From Eledone cirrhosa (taxonomy: Eukaryota), in assembly GCA_964016885.1 (NCBI GenBank), contig OZ024756.1, positions 22,692,001-22,756,000 of the forward strand: a stretch of 64,000 nt of DNA, given 5' to 3'. The translations under genes were made by a program, and so were the position numbers. The notes beneath the pieces are model-generated. The model saw only the letters and a program-made list of their open reading frames with translations. It searched no databases and was not told the origin of the DNA. Position 1 is the first letter of the stretch; every line of letters begins with the position of its first letter. Shown here one piece after another: positions 14,225 to 28,996 of this stretch.

Positions 14225-14452
14225 GAGGGTGGGTTGACAGAATCGTTAGAGCACCGAACAAAATGCTTCATAGAAGTTGGTTACAGTTCTTTACGTTCTG
14301 ACTTCAATCGCGTTCTGAATCCAATCGCGGTAAATTTTGCCTGTCATCTTTCTGAGGTCAACATAATGTAGCACTTAAGTACTGAGTTCGATTTATTCAG
14401 CTTTCACCATTCATAAAATATTATGTCCTTCTGCCTAAAGTAGAAACCATTA
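14225..14452 (+). mobile_element. Diverged SINE family A relative
   Basis: TTTTGCCTGTCATCTTTCTGAGGTC core and GCCTAAAGTAGAAACCATTATT tail. Confidence 0.6.
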
Positions 14453-15346
14453 TTTTAATGGTTTCAGCCTTTGTGGCCTTACTATTAAACCTCCTCGAGG
14501 TGAATACTTCGCCAGCATTGATATCAAAGCGATAACTTTAGTTGTATCGGGATATATTAGCAGAATTATTATAACACTTTAAATCAAATATAGTTCGGCA
14601 TTCATTTATATTCCTTTAATTTTGTTTTGAAACGTTTTCGTTTCACATTTGAAAAGAGGGGTTTTAGCTCTGAAATATTATGTCTAAATATAACTTTGTT
14701 TTGTTTTATCTGTTATCCTTTGCCCTTTATATATTTCTACCGCATTCTATCAGCTTTCTGAAATACTTATCAGTTATTTATTACATATCTCAGAAAGCTT
14801 CGCATTCACTATACTACTTTACAGACATTTACTTTCAAATCCACGCATATAGGTGTGTTCTAGGTCTATCTTATATAGATGTATTTTCTGAACAACATAT
14901 AGATGTCTACTGCCACCATATACATCTGCACAGATCTAAATCTTACAATTATCATTGACAAGCTGTTTACCACAGTCACTGACCTGACAAACAAAAAGAG
15001 AATTAAGAGACAAAAAAAATGAAAACAGAATCTACGCCATCTTCAGTATTCTCCTCAACATGAGAGCAAAAATATTTCTCTTCTTTTCTTTTGTATTCGA
15101 TTCTACAAACCCCACTCCCCATTACAGCAAACTCACCCCCTCTCTTCCAAATTATCTTCTTATCTATCTCGAAACTCTTCTGTCCAATGCGTGCCAAAAA
15201 ACAATTCTTTGCCAGGTTTGTCACTCTTCACTCTATCGAAAATGTCAATAGTTCCTCTCCGAAAGACATTAACACTTTTGTGAGTATATACATATATATA
15301 TATGACTGTGTATGTGTGTCAGCTTATGTGTATGCGTGTATTTATC

Positions 15347-15403
<57 letters not shown>

Positions 15404-15412
15404 ATATATATG

Positions 15413-15446
<34 letters not shown>

Positions 15447-16254
15447 CATATAACAAAGAGTTCGGATCTAGCTGTCAAAACGGCCGGAGCTCAGCCGTCA
15501 TGGTCCTGACTGTTTTCCTATATATATTTATATATATATATATATATATATGATTGTGCGTATGGGAGTGTATGTGTTACATACTATATACAGTTATTTT
15601 TTTAACTTATATATTACAACCGTAAATAACGCGATACAAGACAGTAAATGTGAACAAAACTTCGTATCGAATTTTTTTTGAAAAATATACATATTCGTTG
15701 TATATAGCACAACTATGTTACTATGTAACTATTGCACTAAAACAATCAAGCATATTATTCTAGCCATATATATATATGACTGGCCATTGTTAGCTTAAAT
15801 GAACCTCAAAAATCAGTAGTGGTCCCCTCAGTATGAACCTTTCTACAGACACTTAGCTTGAACTTTTTTTTTCTGCTTTTGTTACTCTAAATATAGTTTT
15901 TAAAGAATTCCCTTTTCTTTAAATCCATCAACCAATGACCTCCACCCATCCCAATCACCATCCAAACCATCCAAAAAGTTATAAATACCACCATTACTCA
16001 CCAGAGTACTCGATACTTGGAGTAGTAGAGTATGATTATATTATAAAGAGAGGGGACCCCGACTCTTTGCAACAGGCAAACAGAAATAACAACGCAACAG
16101 GTAAAAAACTATGGAGAAATACATAATTTGGTTTTCCTTGATATAGCCGGAAAAGAATCTTAACGTTTCGAACGATAGTCTATCATCAGAAAATACAATA
16201 AGAAACAAAAGAAGAAATTGTCACCATCTCTAGATACACTGTTGATGTTGGTGT

Positions 16255-16310
<56 letters not shown>

Positions 16311-16718
16311 TAACCAAAAATGTGTTGAGTGCTTTATATCAGTTATAAAAATATTTGCTTCTTGTATCCCAAGAAATTAAATATAACTTCTACCTATATA
16401 TAATATATATATATATATGTATACAACACCAACATCAACAGTTATATATCTCTCTCTCTCTCTATATATATATATATACATATAGATATATATATATAAC
16501 TAGGTTTAATCTATACATATAAAATATATTTGATTATTTTAGAAACGACCGTATAAGTGAACGATAGGGCGGTTTGGGCTTGCTTCTTTCTTTAAGTGAG
16601 TATATTTATTAATTGTTTTCTATATATATGTACATAATAATTGTACTTTCTGAACCTGGTATACGAAAACAATTGTTTGTACATCGCTTCAAATTGTGTG
16701 TATGTATGTGTGTGTGTG

Positions 16719-16752
<34 letters not shown>

Positions 16753-16754
16753 TG

Positions 16755-16805
<51 letters not shown>

Positions 16806-17298
16806 CAGAGAGAGAGTGTGTGTGTGTGTGTGTGAGACAGAGAGAGAGAGAGTGTGTGTGTGTGTGTGTGTGTGTCTGTGACAGAGAGAGAGAGATAAAG
16901 AGATAGAGAAATATAGAGATAGATAGAGAGAGAGAGTGCATGTGTGTGTGTAACATAGAGAGAGAGATATAGAGATAGAGAGAGAGAGAGTGTGTGCGTC
17001 TGTCAAATATAGACGAAAACAATAATGTAAATAAAACGGTGCAATGAAAAATATCAGTTTAACGCTCGATATAGCAGGAACAGAAACTTTACGTTTCGGA
17101 CACGAGTCGTTCATAATATGATTGTGCAAAGTCTCATGAAAACAGGTTTAAAATCAATTATTCAACCGTACATAGCCTTTATATCTAGCCATATAGAATG
17201 AAATGAATTGGATTGCCCTTGGTTAGTTCGATAACAGAAAGGTAACAAGAGCCTCTTCAGCGGTATAGCGTTCACAAGGAAATGGATATATAATGTCA

Positions 17299-17347
<49 letters not shown>

Positions 17348-17403
17348 CAAAGAAATTGTGGTAAGGAACCAGATGGACCATAATGCACCAGAGTACTCAA
17401 TAC

Positions 17404-17480
<77 letters not shown>

Positions 17481-17507
17481 TCTTAGTGTTGTCTGAGATG
17501 TATAGCC

Positions 17508-17590
17508 TTACACACGCTGATGAACCGAGACTAACATTTCTTTCAACAATTTCTCTGGCGAAACATATCTCTGGATTTGTACGTGTGTAA
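17508..17590 (+). ncRNA. Type I hammerhead ribozyme within a (TA)n-flanked element (~17478-17845)
   Basis: Perfect 9-bp stem I TTACACACG/CGTGTGTAA; CTGATGA 17517-17523; stem II CCGAGA...TCTCTGG; GAAA 17560-17563; stem III ACATATC-TCTG-GATTTGT; GUA triplet 17579-17581. Confidence 0.85.
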
Positions 17591-17872
17591 TATAGTTATA
17601 GAGGTATTTATTTACGCTTTAATTTATATTTTTAATTATCGTGTCTATAGTCTGCCTTTCATAGGTTATAGATTCCATACACTGGTGGTTTTTTCCCTGT
17701 ATTATTGATAACGCACTATATATCTCTCTCTGGTGTGTTACCTTCTCAACATATTATATTCTAAAGGGCTCAGGATCTCTTCCCCTTTGAGCACATTATT
17801 TACAGGGAATAACGACGGCCTATGCCTCCGTTAATTTATCGTGATATATATATATATATATAAATATATATA

Positions 17873-17925
<53 letters not shown>

Positions 17926-17927
17926 TT

Positions 17928-17965
<38 letters not shown>

Positions 17966-18102
17966 TTATACATATATATATATATATATACATAGTATTG
18001 AGTACTCTGGTGCGTTATGGTCCGTCTGGTTCCTCACCACAATTCCTTCGTTATATATATATTGGAAAATGTGTGAAAGCCTTTGTACAGTTAGGTACAT
18101 TT

Positions 18103-18321
18103 GAAAAAAAGGAAAAAAATGACTTCACCTTTAGTTCTAAACAATTTGATTAAATTTCATATTATCATTTGGTATCATAATATTATATAATTAAATCAAA
18201 TTGTTTAGAACTACAAATGAAGTCATCCTTTTCCTTTTTTCACACACACACACACACACATTATATATATATATACACACACAGTTATATATATATACCT
18301 AAGTAGATGTATATATTTATG

Positions 18322-18353
<32 letters not shown>

Positions 18354-18356
18354 CAT

Positions 18357-18436
<80 letters not shown>

Positions 18437-18552
18437 CACATGTGTGTGCGTGTGTGGAAAATGGAAAAGCTTGACTTCACTTGTAGTTCTAAACAATTTG
18501 ATTTAATTTTATAATATTATGATACCAAATCATTATAAAATTAAATTCCTTT
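18103..18552. repeat. Two copies of a small palindromic element among (TA)n/(CA)n
   Basis: GACTTCAC.T.TAGTTCTAAACAATTTGATT with its inverted partner at 18190-18245; second copy at 18452-18550. Confidence 0.65.
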
Positions 18553-18638
18553 CATGAAATTAAATTGCTTTCATATATATATATCTATATATATACACAC
18601 ACATATATATATATATACACATATATATATATATACAC

Positions 18639-18671
<33 letters not shown>

Positions 18672-18708
18672 CACATATATATATACACATATATATATAT
18701 ATATACAC

Positions 18709-18739
<31 letters not shown>

Positions 18740-18744
18740 TATAT

Positions 18745-18803
<59 letters not shown>

Positions 18804-20085
18804 CATATATATATACATAATATATATATATATATCAAAAGATGGTTAAAAGAGTTCCAAGTATTTTATTATGCGCATTTCAAAAACAAATATCATCATG
18901 AGATGATATCTGCGTTTTCATCATATAAAATACATGATATGAAGGTTAAAAAACACTTGTGAAATAGTGAAGTTTTAAATCAACATATGACAAAAATTTA
19001 AGATTGATGTGTGATATTTGGAAAAAGTGAAGGGGGGGGGGTAGAAAGGGTAAGAAAGAGGAGGAGAAGAGAGTAGAGAATGGTGCGGGAGGAGTATAAG
19101 AAGGAAGGAGGAGAGATGGGTGATAGAGAGAGAGAGAGATAGCCTTTACAATTGAGAAAAATATCTATTGTTTCACAGAGAGATGTTAAAAAGCCGTTGG
19201 AAGATAATAGATAATTTAAAAGAATTTGAAATTAAAAGTTGATGTGAAAAAGAGAAAAAAGGGGGTTAAGAATAATATTAAATTAAATTAAATTAAGGTT
19301 TGTATATTGAAGAGGAAAAGAAATTGTTAATATGTATTATTAAAATAAAAATATTAATGTTATTAAGGATATACTGTGAAAAGAAGTAGAAGAGTGGATG
19401 AGTTATGGATTTAGAGGAATTATTTAGTGTTTAAGTTTGTTTTTATGTAATGTAATATGTGTGCGTAACATATGTAAATAGTTTGTTTCCAAATGAGCGC
19501 AGAAAACAAAGAAGACAATAATGTTTAAGAAAGAAAAATATCTAACATCAAAATATATATGTTTACGAAATATTTTCTAATGGTAATAATATAATATAAT
19601 AAAGGAGATTAGTTAGGGTTTGTTTTTATATATTGTAATATGTAATATGTAAAAGTCAGACGAGCATAAAAGGAACACAAATATAAGGAACTAAGGAGGA
19701 AAAATCTAACGTAAAAAAAAATGTTTATGTTTACGAAGGATTATTAAAGGTAATACTATAAAGTATTTAAAAGGTAATAATAATTTTTATGGCCAATAAT
19801 ATGAAGAAAGATGGAAGAGTGGATATGTTGTGGTGAGTAATAATAAGAATTGAGAAGTGGTTAGGAAGAAAAGTACAGATTAGAGGTTAGAAATTAAAAA
19901 GAAAAAAGAAGAAAGAAAAGAGGAAGAAAGGAAAGTGATAAAGAGGAATGATATAGAATGAGTAACTAGTATTATATAATGTATAATAAATAATATTGAA
20001 ATAAGGTAGAAAGATTGGTATATTTTTAAAGAAATATATATAAGCCTTTGAGAAAAAGGATTTTAAACTAGTAAAGTATTAGATA

Positions 20086-20382
20086 TTAGCTGTATACTTT
20101 ATGGAATGTTCTGTGGAATTTATGCAAGCAGAGATAAAATAAATCAGTGCGTCTATTTATTATAGAATCTAAATTAGATATAATGGTAAATTTCTCAGAT
20201 AAACAAAGATTACACGTTCTAGATAGGGAGGCATTCAAGTAGGGAGAGGCAGAACAAACTTTCCTCCAAGAGATGTTATAGTTAATATTTTTGTCTTTCA
20301 CGGACCATATGAGTTCTGAGAGTGCCGTGTTAGTTCTGTTAAGTTGGTATTTAAAAGAAGAATTGTGATTATAAAATCTCAC
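20086..20382 (-). pseudogene. GIY-YIG endonuclease C-terminal fragment of a Penelope-like element (Naiad-like CxxC)
   Basis: RFYNHNSSF...TALSELIWSVK...ISW...Y...CNLCLSEK..I...INRRTD...CLH matches the PLE endonuclease pattern RxxNH/TxLSxxIWxLK/CxLCLxEK/NxRxE/CxH. Truncated at the inverted pLTR. Confidence 0.85.
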
Positions 20383-20482
20383 TTGTTCCCAATATCACAC
20401 ATCAATCTTAAATTATTTTTTATATGTTGATTTAAAACTTCACTATTCACAAGTGTTGTTTAACCTTCATATCATGTATCCC

Positions 20483-20550
20483 TATTGTATCTGATGAAAA
20501 CGCAGATATCATCTCATGATATTTGTTTTTGAAATGCGCATAATAAAATA
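20483..20550 (+). ncRNA. Type I hammerhead ribozyme in the Penelope pLTR
   Basis: Stem I TATTGTAT/ATAAAATA; CTGATGA 20491-20497; long stem II GCAGATATCAT/ATGATATTTGT; GAAA 20531-20534; palindromic stem III ATGCGCAT; AUA triplet. The mirror copy at ~18868-18932 has C3 mutated to A. Confidence 0.8.
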
Positions 20551-20685
20551 CTTGGAACTCTTTTAACCATCTTTTGATCTTATATTATTTATACTCCAGT
20601 CCTACAAACTGTAGAGTGCTACTTATCCGATATTTGCATTGCTTTATTGTACTACAATAAAACTCGCCTCCTACATTATATATAT

Positions 20686-21125
20686 ACAATGATATTAAAT
20701 AAATGGAAACTATATTTATAAAACCATATTTATTCTATTATATATATTTAAAGGGTACCAAAACGTTGGTACGCTTTCATCAAATAAAATACAAAGTTTG
20801 TCTTATAAATTTTGACATAACCAAGTAAATATACCTTAATGGTTCCAGTTTTTCTTGGATACTATCCAAGAAAAACTTGAACCGTTAACGTTTTCTCAGT
20901 CATGTCAACATTTATAAAAGAAACTTTGTATTTTATCTGATAAAAGCGTACCAAAGTTTTGGCATCCTTGAAATATATATAATAGAATAAATACGGTTTT
21001 ATAAATATAGTTTCCATTTATTTAATATCATTGAATATTATACTCCAGAAAACTTGTCGAGTGCTCTGAATCAGTTATAAACATTTATATTTGTTGAATT
21101 ACCAACAAATTGAATATCCCTTTTG
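20686..21125. mobile_element. Fold-back pLTR-like element with decayed HHRs
   Basis: Inverted arms ~20686-20818 and 20903-21033. Cores are CTGATAA (+) and TTGATGA (-). Homologous to 29122-29520. Confidence 0.75.
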
Positions 21126-21163
<38 letters not shown>

Positions 21164-21438
21164 AAAATTTCGCTCCACATGGCTGAATACAACAAATGTA
21201 ATCTCAGTTTTTCGAATATTAATAATTGTTTCTACTTTTTGGCACAAGGCCAGCAATTACCAAGTGCACTACTGGTACTTTATTTTACTTTATTTTACTG
21301 CAGTTTTGTTCGCAGGCCAACACAATAGCAAGAATGAAGTGTTCATTCTACTGACATGGCTATAAAGTTGGGGCTTGTTTGCATAATTGCAAGCGAATCG
21401 AATGTTATTATTAATATTCGAAAATCTCAGATTACATT

Positions 21439-21568
<130 letters not shown>

Positions 21569-21977
21569 CAGTAGTTATTGGCTATGCACAGCTACTATCT
21601 AAAGTACGAGTTCAATATATGGTTACTAAGAAATTGTGGTTCTATACTATGTTACTCTCACACATATAGGAGAACTCTATATGGTTACTGTGACACAATC
21701 GGGTACGAGACTTGATACTAATCTACGAAGGAGCAGAACCGGTATGGGTGTGGGCACAGGTATGGATCTAAGGGCGTTATGCAATCAATTTATCGTGTTA
21801 CACATGGGAGGTGGTGATCATGCCTTTAGATTTACGTGCGAAATAACACCAGGCATTTAGACAAATAGATAGATTCACTCATCACTCATGGAATTCCCCT
21901 CTCAACAGAGCAACAAACACCAGCCATCATTATTGGTGTATGTGTTTGTATGTATATGTATACGAGTGTGTATGTAA

Positions 21978-22037
<60 letters not shown>

Positions 22038-22625
22038 ATAAAGACATGGGTGAACATATACACGCATACACACTCACAGTAATAAACGAGAGTCGGTTGG
22101 AAATGCCATAGGCTAAAAATGAAATGGTGATGCAAGGGCTGTGAAATCTTGCATGCATTAATTTCAAGTCTTCTCATCAATAATTGCAGTTGCAGTTTCT
22201 TCCGCCACTCCATGAAATCATTATTCACATTTCACCCGACCCTCGTCTATATATGCATATATGCATATATATATATACACATATATATATATATATAATA
22301 AATAAATTAATAAATAATAAATAATAAATAAGTTATACAATTATCAAAGTTGTGTTCAAATCATTTAATAGCTGACAATCCTTTCTTCCAAGTCATCGGC
22401 GCATTATCAATGTTTACACATATAATTAAACAACTTTGATAATTGTATTATTTATTTATTTTCCTGCTCTGTAAAACAACTGATGTTCATACATTGAGCT
22501 ATTTCTCTTACTGGTAATAAGGTAATTAAGAAATTACTGACCTTCCTTTTATAGTTGTTTATACAATATACAAAATTATAAATAGTATTATTATTATTAT
22601 ATATATATAAAATAATACTATTAAA

Positions 22626-23035
22626 GGGCGGTGGATTGGCAGTATCGGTAGAGGGTCGGACGCCATGCTTTGCCGCATAGAGTTACAGCCCTTTATGATC
22701 TGAGTTCAAATCCCGCCGAGGTTAACTTTGCCTTTCATCATTACGGGGTCGATAAAATAAAGTACCAGTAGTACCGTGAGATAATTGCTAGCCTTGTGCC
22801 AAAAGTAGAAACAATTATTATTGTTTCTACTTTAGGCACAAAAGTAGAAACAATTATTATTGTTTCTACTTTAGGCACAAGGCCAGCAATTACCCAGTGC
22901 ATTACTGGTACTTTATTTTATCGACTCCGTAAGGATGAAAGGCAAAGTCAACCTCGGCGGGATTTGAACTCAGATCGTAAAGGGACATAACTATGCTGGA
23001 AAGCATGGCGTTCGACCCTCTACCGATACTGCCAA
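22626..23035. mobile_element. Tail-to-tail pair of SINE family A copies
   Basis: Plus copy 22626-22820 and minus copy ~22855-23035. Confidence 0.85.
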
Positions 23036-23099
23036 TATAATAATAATAATACTATTTATAGATTTGTATATAGTATAAACAATTATAAACAAGAAAGTC

Positions 23100-23418
23100 A
23101 GTTAACTTTGCCTTTCATCCTTACGGCGGTCGATACAATAAAGTACCAGCAACGTACTGGGCCGATTTAATCGACTTTCCCCTCCCCCAGATTACTGGCC
23201 TTGTGCCTATACTAGAAATCATTATTGGTAAATTGGCAGTATCGGTAGAGGGCCGGACGCCATGCTTTGCAGCATAGTTACGTCCCTTTACGATCAGAGT
23301 TCAAATCCCGCCGAGGTTGACTTTGCCTTTCATCCTTACGGGGTCAATAAAATAAAGTACCAGTAATGTACTGGGAGATTGCTGGCCTTGTGCCAAAAGT
23401 AGAAACAGCTATTATTAT
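23100..23418 (+). mobile_element. SINE family A (one partial and one full copy)
   Basis: Core and tail at 23100-23225; near-full copy at 23232-23418. Confidence 0.8.
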
Positions 23419-23526
23419 TATGTAGTATTCGTAGTATTCGTAGTAGTAGCAGCAGTAGTAACAGCAGTAGTATTAGTAGCAGCAGTTGTAGTGGTTGTAG
23501 TAGTAGTAGTAGTAGTACTACTACTA

Positions 23527-23559
<33 letters not shown>

Positions 23560-24116
23560 CAGCAACAGCAGTGGTAGGGGTAGTAGTAGTTTCTGTTACC
23601 TTTATAATAAAAGATTTCTAGTTGTGAAATATATGCTAAAACAGGCATCTACTACTACTACTACTACTACAACTACTACTACTACTACCACTACTACTAC
23701 TACTACTACTGCAGCTGCTATTACTATTCAATAGTAGTAGTCCTTATCTAATCTCCATAATTATAAAGAAATGATTTACACTACATTTTTTTCTCTCAGA
23801 AATTCGGCAGAGTTACAATTACATACACGGTCTATCGTTCTCTCCCTCTCTCTTCCTCTCTGCTTCATTTCATTCACTCTATCTACGCTTATAATGTTCT
23901 TCTAGCATCAACACATGGTTATGTGAAACGGTCGCCATTTCTCTTGTTTACATATTATCTATATTGTACATCATCGTCTGCTATTTCTATCATTATGTAT
24001 AAGTACTATTTCCAGCCTGATAAACAAACACTACAATAATCAATCATACTTCCTCTACAGATTCCTGTAATATATTTTTTCCATCTCTCTCTCTTTTATA
24101 CATTTTTTATATACAT

Positions 24117-24190
<74 letters not shown>

Positions 24191-24194
<4 letters not shown>

Positions 24195-24432
24195 GTAGAA
24201 CACTGGAAGGTAATATCCGTAGTGGTAGAGCACTCAGTCCATGGGACGAGTTAGGTAGAAGTGGTTACACAACAGTTAGTTCACCATACCGAGAACAATT
24301 GTTTCAGCTTAGCGGATCCTCAGCTCGTAATGGACATGGTTCGTATAACCATGACGATTACGCGCTGAGGATCCGCTAAGGTGAAACAATTGTTCTCGGT
24401 ATGGTGAACTAACTGTTGTGTAACCACTTCTA
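24191..24432. mobile_element. Fold-back element in (TA)n
   Basis: Arms 24256-~24331 and ~24356-24432 are reverse complements. The one-sided tail 24191-24255 carries ACTC...GAGTGCT on the minus strand. Confidence 0.75.
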
Positions 24433-24437
24433 TATAT

Positions 24438-24573
24438 ATAACAAAGGAATTGCGGTAAGGAACCAGATGGACCATAACGCACCAGAGTACTCAATACTTA
24501 GGGTAGTAGAGTGGGAAATAGGAAAAAGTATGACCCCGACGGCAGAGCTCAAGCCGTTTCGATATTGTTTCCT
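24438..24573 (-). mobile_element. pLTR-like family G fragment
   Basis: GGTAAGGAACCAGATGGACCATAACGCACCAGAGTACTCAATACT...GAGCTCAAGCCGTTTCGA. Also at 17346-17404, 17993-18053 and 39271-39412. Confidence 0.75.
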
Positions 24574-24812
24574 ATATATATATATATATATACAAAGACA
24601 CACACACAGACTGACACACACACATATATATATATACACTCACACACACATATGTATATATATATATATACACACACGTATATATGTTATCTCTACTGTG
24701 GATGTTGCTGTACATCTGCTGTATGGGAAAATTATACCAGCCTCCATAGAAATACTGATAGATTTTCATACACCACTACAGCTAACGCATCAAGAAACAT
24801 CGCTAACACACG

Positions 24813-24900
<88 letters not shown>

Positions 24901-24956
24901 TGTGTATGATATTTTAGTGTCATACACGAACTGAGATCGAATGGACTGCTATTATA

Positions 24957-25143
24957 TGTGGATTGGCAGTATCGGTAGAGAGTCGGACACCTTGCTTTGA
25001 AGCATAGAGTTACGTCCCTTTATGATCTGAGTTCAAATCCCGCCGAAGTTAACTTTGCCTTTCATCCTTACGGGGTCGATAAAATAAAGTACCAGTAATG
25101 TACAGGGTAATTGCTGGCCTTGTGCCAATAGTAGAAACAATTA
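24957..25143 (+). mobile_element. SINE family A
   Basis: Full head-core-tail match. Confidence 0.85.
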
Positions 25144-25581
25144 TATATAAATAATTTTTAAGTCTGACTTAAAAGAAACACGTACATACATAAATACCCA
25201 CATTCATTTATAAACAACCATGCACACCCCATCATACACATATTAATATATATTAACTCATTACAAACTGTCTCTTACAGGACCAGTTCTGTTTCCTTTA
25301 TTAGGGTTTCACCGGAATCATGCGTTATGACAATTTATGAAAAAACGAAATATTACTAATTCTCTAACGAGTCACGGGTAAATAAATCAATGTGACCTTT
25401 GGGGAGCCAAGTTTGTTGATCTCCTCTAGGTGGGCCCTGGAATCTGATCTATGATGTCCATCAAACGTACGACTACAGCCTATGACCAACTCATATGCAA
25501 GAACAAGGAGAAGAATGTTACCATTCTACTAGACGTATTGAGTACACATGTATGTACGTATATTTATATATATTTTTAAAC

Positions 25582-25668
<87 letters not shown>

Positions 25669-26192
25669 CATTACGGGTACACACACTGACATACGTATAT
25701 GGTATATGGGTGTATTACGTCCGTAATATTTTGCAGCATGATCTCAACTGTCATAAACACCTTCAATATTTCACCAAGCACCGCTAATTTGAAGTTGAGA
25801 ATGCCTCAAAAGAGCTTTGATATCAGGCGATGTTTGAGTGTTGTTTTGTTATAAATCTTTCAATATATTTTACCCCATTTTACCATGCAGTATTTTTTCT
25901 ATAAGAACATAGCTTTTTTTTTTTCGTTGTTGTTGTTTTCCATCATATATCCTTGTCAGGGGGATATAAAACTTATACAGAAAACCTTAATAAACGATTT
26001 TATGACGTATCCAATGTCAGATGATGCGTCAAGCTTATTCTCAACGCAGGGTTCTCCATTTTGTGATATATGCAACGTCACGTGATGCGGAAAAACTATT
26101 CTCAGCACAGCGAAAATTTTCTTTTTTTTTTAGATTTTGCAGTATTTTTACTTTTTCTTATCAAGAGTGCTTATTATATGGATATGAATATA

Positions 26193-26307
<115 letters not shown>

Positions 26308-26403
26308 TGGTACTTTGAGAAAATAACTGAACACTTCAAAAAATTGAAATAGCATAAGTAAGCTTTACTATATTTTTCTGGGTTTTTTTCTGTTCAAATT
26401 CTA

Positions 26404-26462
26404 GCTGTCTGATGAGGTCATAGCAGATGCATAATGGGTATCACCAAAATATATATAACACC
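26404..26462 (+). ncRNA. Decayed hammerhead-like motif
   Basis: TGT-CTGATGA-GGT...ACC-AAAA-TATATAT-A-ACA. The catalytic G12 is replaced by A, so it is predicted inactive. Confidence 0.45.
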
Positions 26463-26880
26463 GACTATAAATAAGCGCAGTTAATTTTAAGTTGTTAAAT
26501 TACACTTCTTTAACATTTCCACCGAACTTCGCATTTTCTTTTCTCTCTCTCTCTCTCTCTCTCTGTATATATATATATATATACACAAACAAATTACAAA
26601 AATGAGAAATCAAACACAGAGTGTTAAATTTACATTCTTATATTTACAAACAACCAAGTCTGTATGTGTGTGAGAGTGTGTATTTTTGTGTATCTGTGTA
26701 GAATAAAACTGCGGCCATCATTCTTATTGGTGCTTGATCTCGCAGTATATTCAATATTATAGGGTCAACAAAAGCACCAGCCATAGAGATAATCCAACAC
26801 TTGAGCCAACAAAACATGAAAGATGGAAAAGTTGAAAGAAAAGTGGGCTCCACAAGCTAGTACAGTATTTATCAACCTGT

Positions 26881-27524
<644 letters not shown>

Positions 27525-27677
27525 AACATCGCATAGAGTAGCGTGGTTGGCGAGCAGTCGCGAAACACCCATTAACAACTAATGTTAACTTCATTCATAT
27601 AACAAATAAGTATTACACTTTACTTTTCATTTGGGTACATTGTGTTTGCAAAATTTTATATAAGCCACCACCCCCAC

Positions 27678-27709
<32 letters not shown>

Positions 27710-27710
27710 A

Positions 27711-27813
<103 letters not shown>

Positions 27814-27814
27814 C

Positions 27815-27845
<31 letters not shown>

Positions 27846-27985
27846 CGTGCATATGTATATATTTATGTTACCCGCCTTAATCTTCGAGTACACAAAATAT
27901 AGACCCTACCCATGACGGAACCTCATAAAAACATTGAGTTCTTTAATTGTCGAACCGCTTGTAACTACATTAACACACAAATCTA

Positions 27986-28052
<67 letters not shown>

Positions 28053-28056
<4 letters not shown>

Positions 28057-28272
28057 AACCTGTAAGACCCCGACAGCTGAGCTCAAGCCGTTTCGACGGC
28101 TAATTCTGGACTGAGTCCAGAATTAGCCGTCGAAACGGCTTGAATTAGCCGTCGAAACGGCTTGAGCTCAGCTGTCGGGGTCTTACTGGTTCCTATTACC
28201 CACTCTACTACCTCAAGTATCGAGTACTTTGGTGCGTTATGGTCCACCTGGTTCCTTACCACATTTCCTTCG

Positions 28273-28275
<3 letters not shown>
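28053..28275 (+). mobile_element. pLTR-like family G fold-back copy
   Basis: Palindrome centred on CTGGACTGAGTCCAG; contains GAAACGGC-TTGAGCTCA-GCTGTC (HHR 3' half); (TA)n on both sides. Confidence 0.8.
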
Positions 28276-28322
<47 letters not shown>

Positions 28323-28377
28323 ATGATAGATATGTGTATTAATGTAGTTAGTGGCGGTAACTATATATATATATATA

Positions 28378-28493
28378 TATATTAATAAAAGGAATTCCAA
28401 CTTTGTCTGATTTACTAATACCATTATAAATTTTAAAGGATTGTAAATGAAACGAGTAAATCAGACAAAGTTGGAATTCCTTTTATTAATATA
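28378..28493. repeat. Small fold-back element with GAAACGAGTA (HHR 3'-half-like)
   Basis: TATTAATAAAAGGAATTCCAACTTTGTCTGATTTACT and its reverse complement at 28456-28492. Confidence 0.6.
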
Positions 28494-28531
28494 ATCTTCT
28501 ATACACAATCATACACACCCGTGTATATTTC

Positions 28532-28638
<107 letters not shown>

Positions 28639-28963
28639 GTATGCATGCAGCGCACCACACATATGACTTAAACAATTATATATTAGATAAAGAAAGGCAA
28701 AAACAGACTAAGTTTAACAGCAGTGACGTCTAAGTTGAATTCAGCTCACAAATCACCGAGACAAGTTCCGCGAAGAATCACATCGTTTGCTCAAATGGCG
28801 CTGCCAACAATAGCTTCGATTAGTACTTTATCCATCCCAAAGTGATGTAAGGCATAGTTGACCTTGACAGGATTCGGACTTAGACTCCAGAGAATAGAAA
28901 GAAAAACAGTGAAACATTTTATATCCGAAGGTCGTACGACTCTGCCAAATCACTATGTGTGTG

Positions 28964-28996
<33 letters not shown>

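Larger units (their letters stand above)
18835..20678 (-). mobile_element. 5'-truncated Penelope-like element: inverted pLTR, GIY-YIG C-terminus, 3' UTR, pLTR
   Basis: ~195-bp inverted repeats at 18835-19030 and 20379-20578 enclose an endonuclease fragment. The repeat contains an HHR. Flanked by (TA)n. Confidence 0.85.

Noticed and set aside
15091-15286. Open frame ending at a GTGAGT donor-like site
   Set aside because: No recognisable protein and no clear acceptor.
16155-16195. Minus-strand CTGATGA...CGAAACGTTA motif (similar decayed motif at 17085-17118)
   Set aside because: Stems I and II are weak; a possible decayed pLTR HHR, but not supportable as a feature.
17164-17264. Minus-strand ACCG-CTGAAGA...GTA-CGGT
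   Set aside because: Stems I and III are plausible, but the GAAA core is missing.
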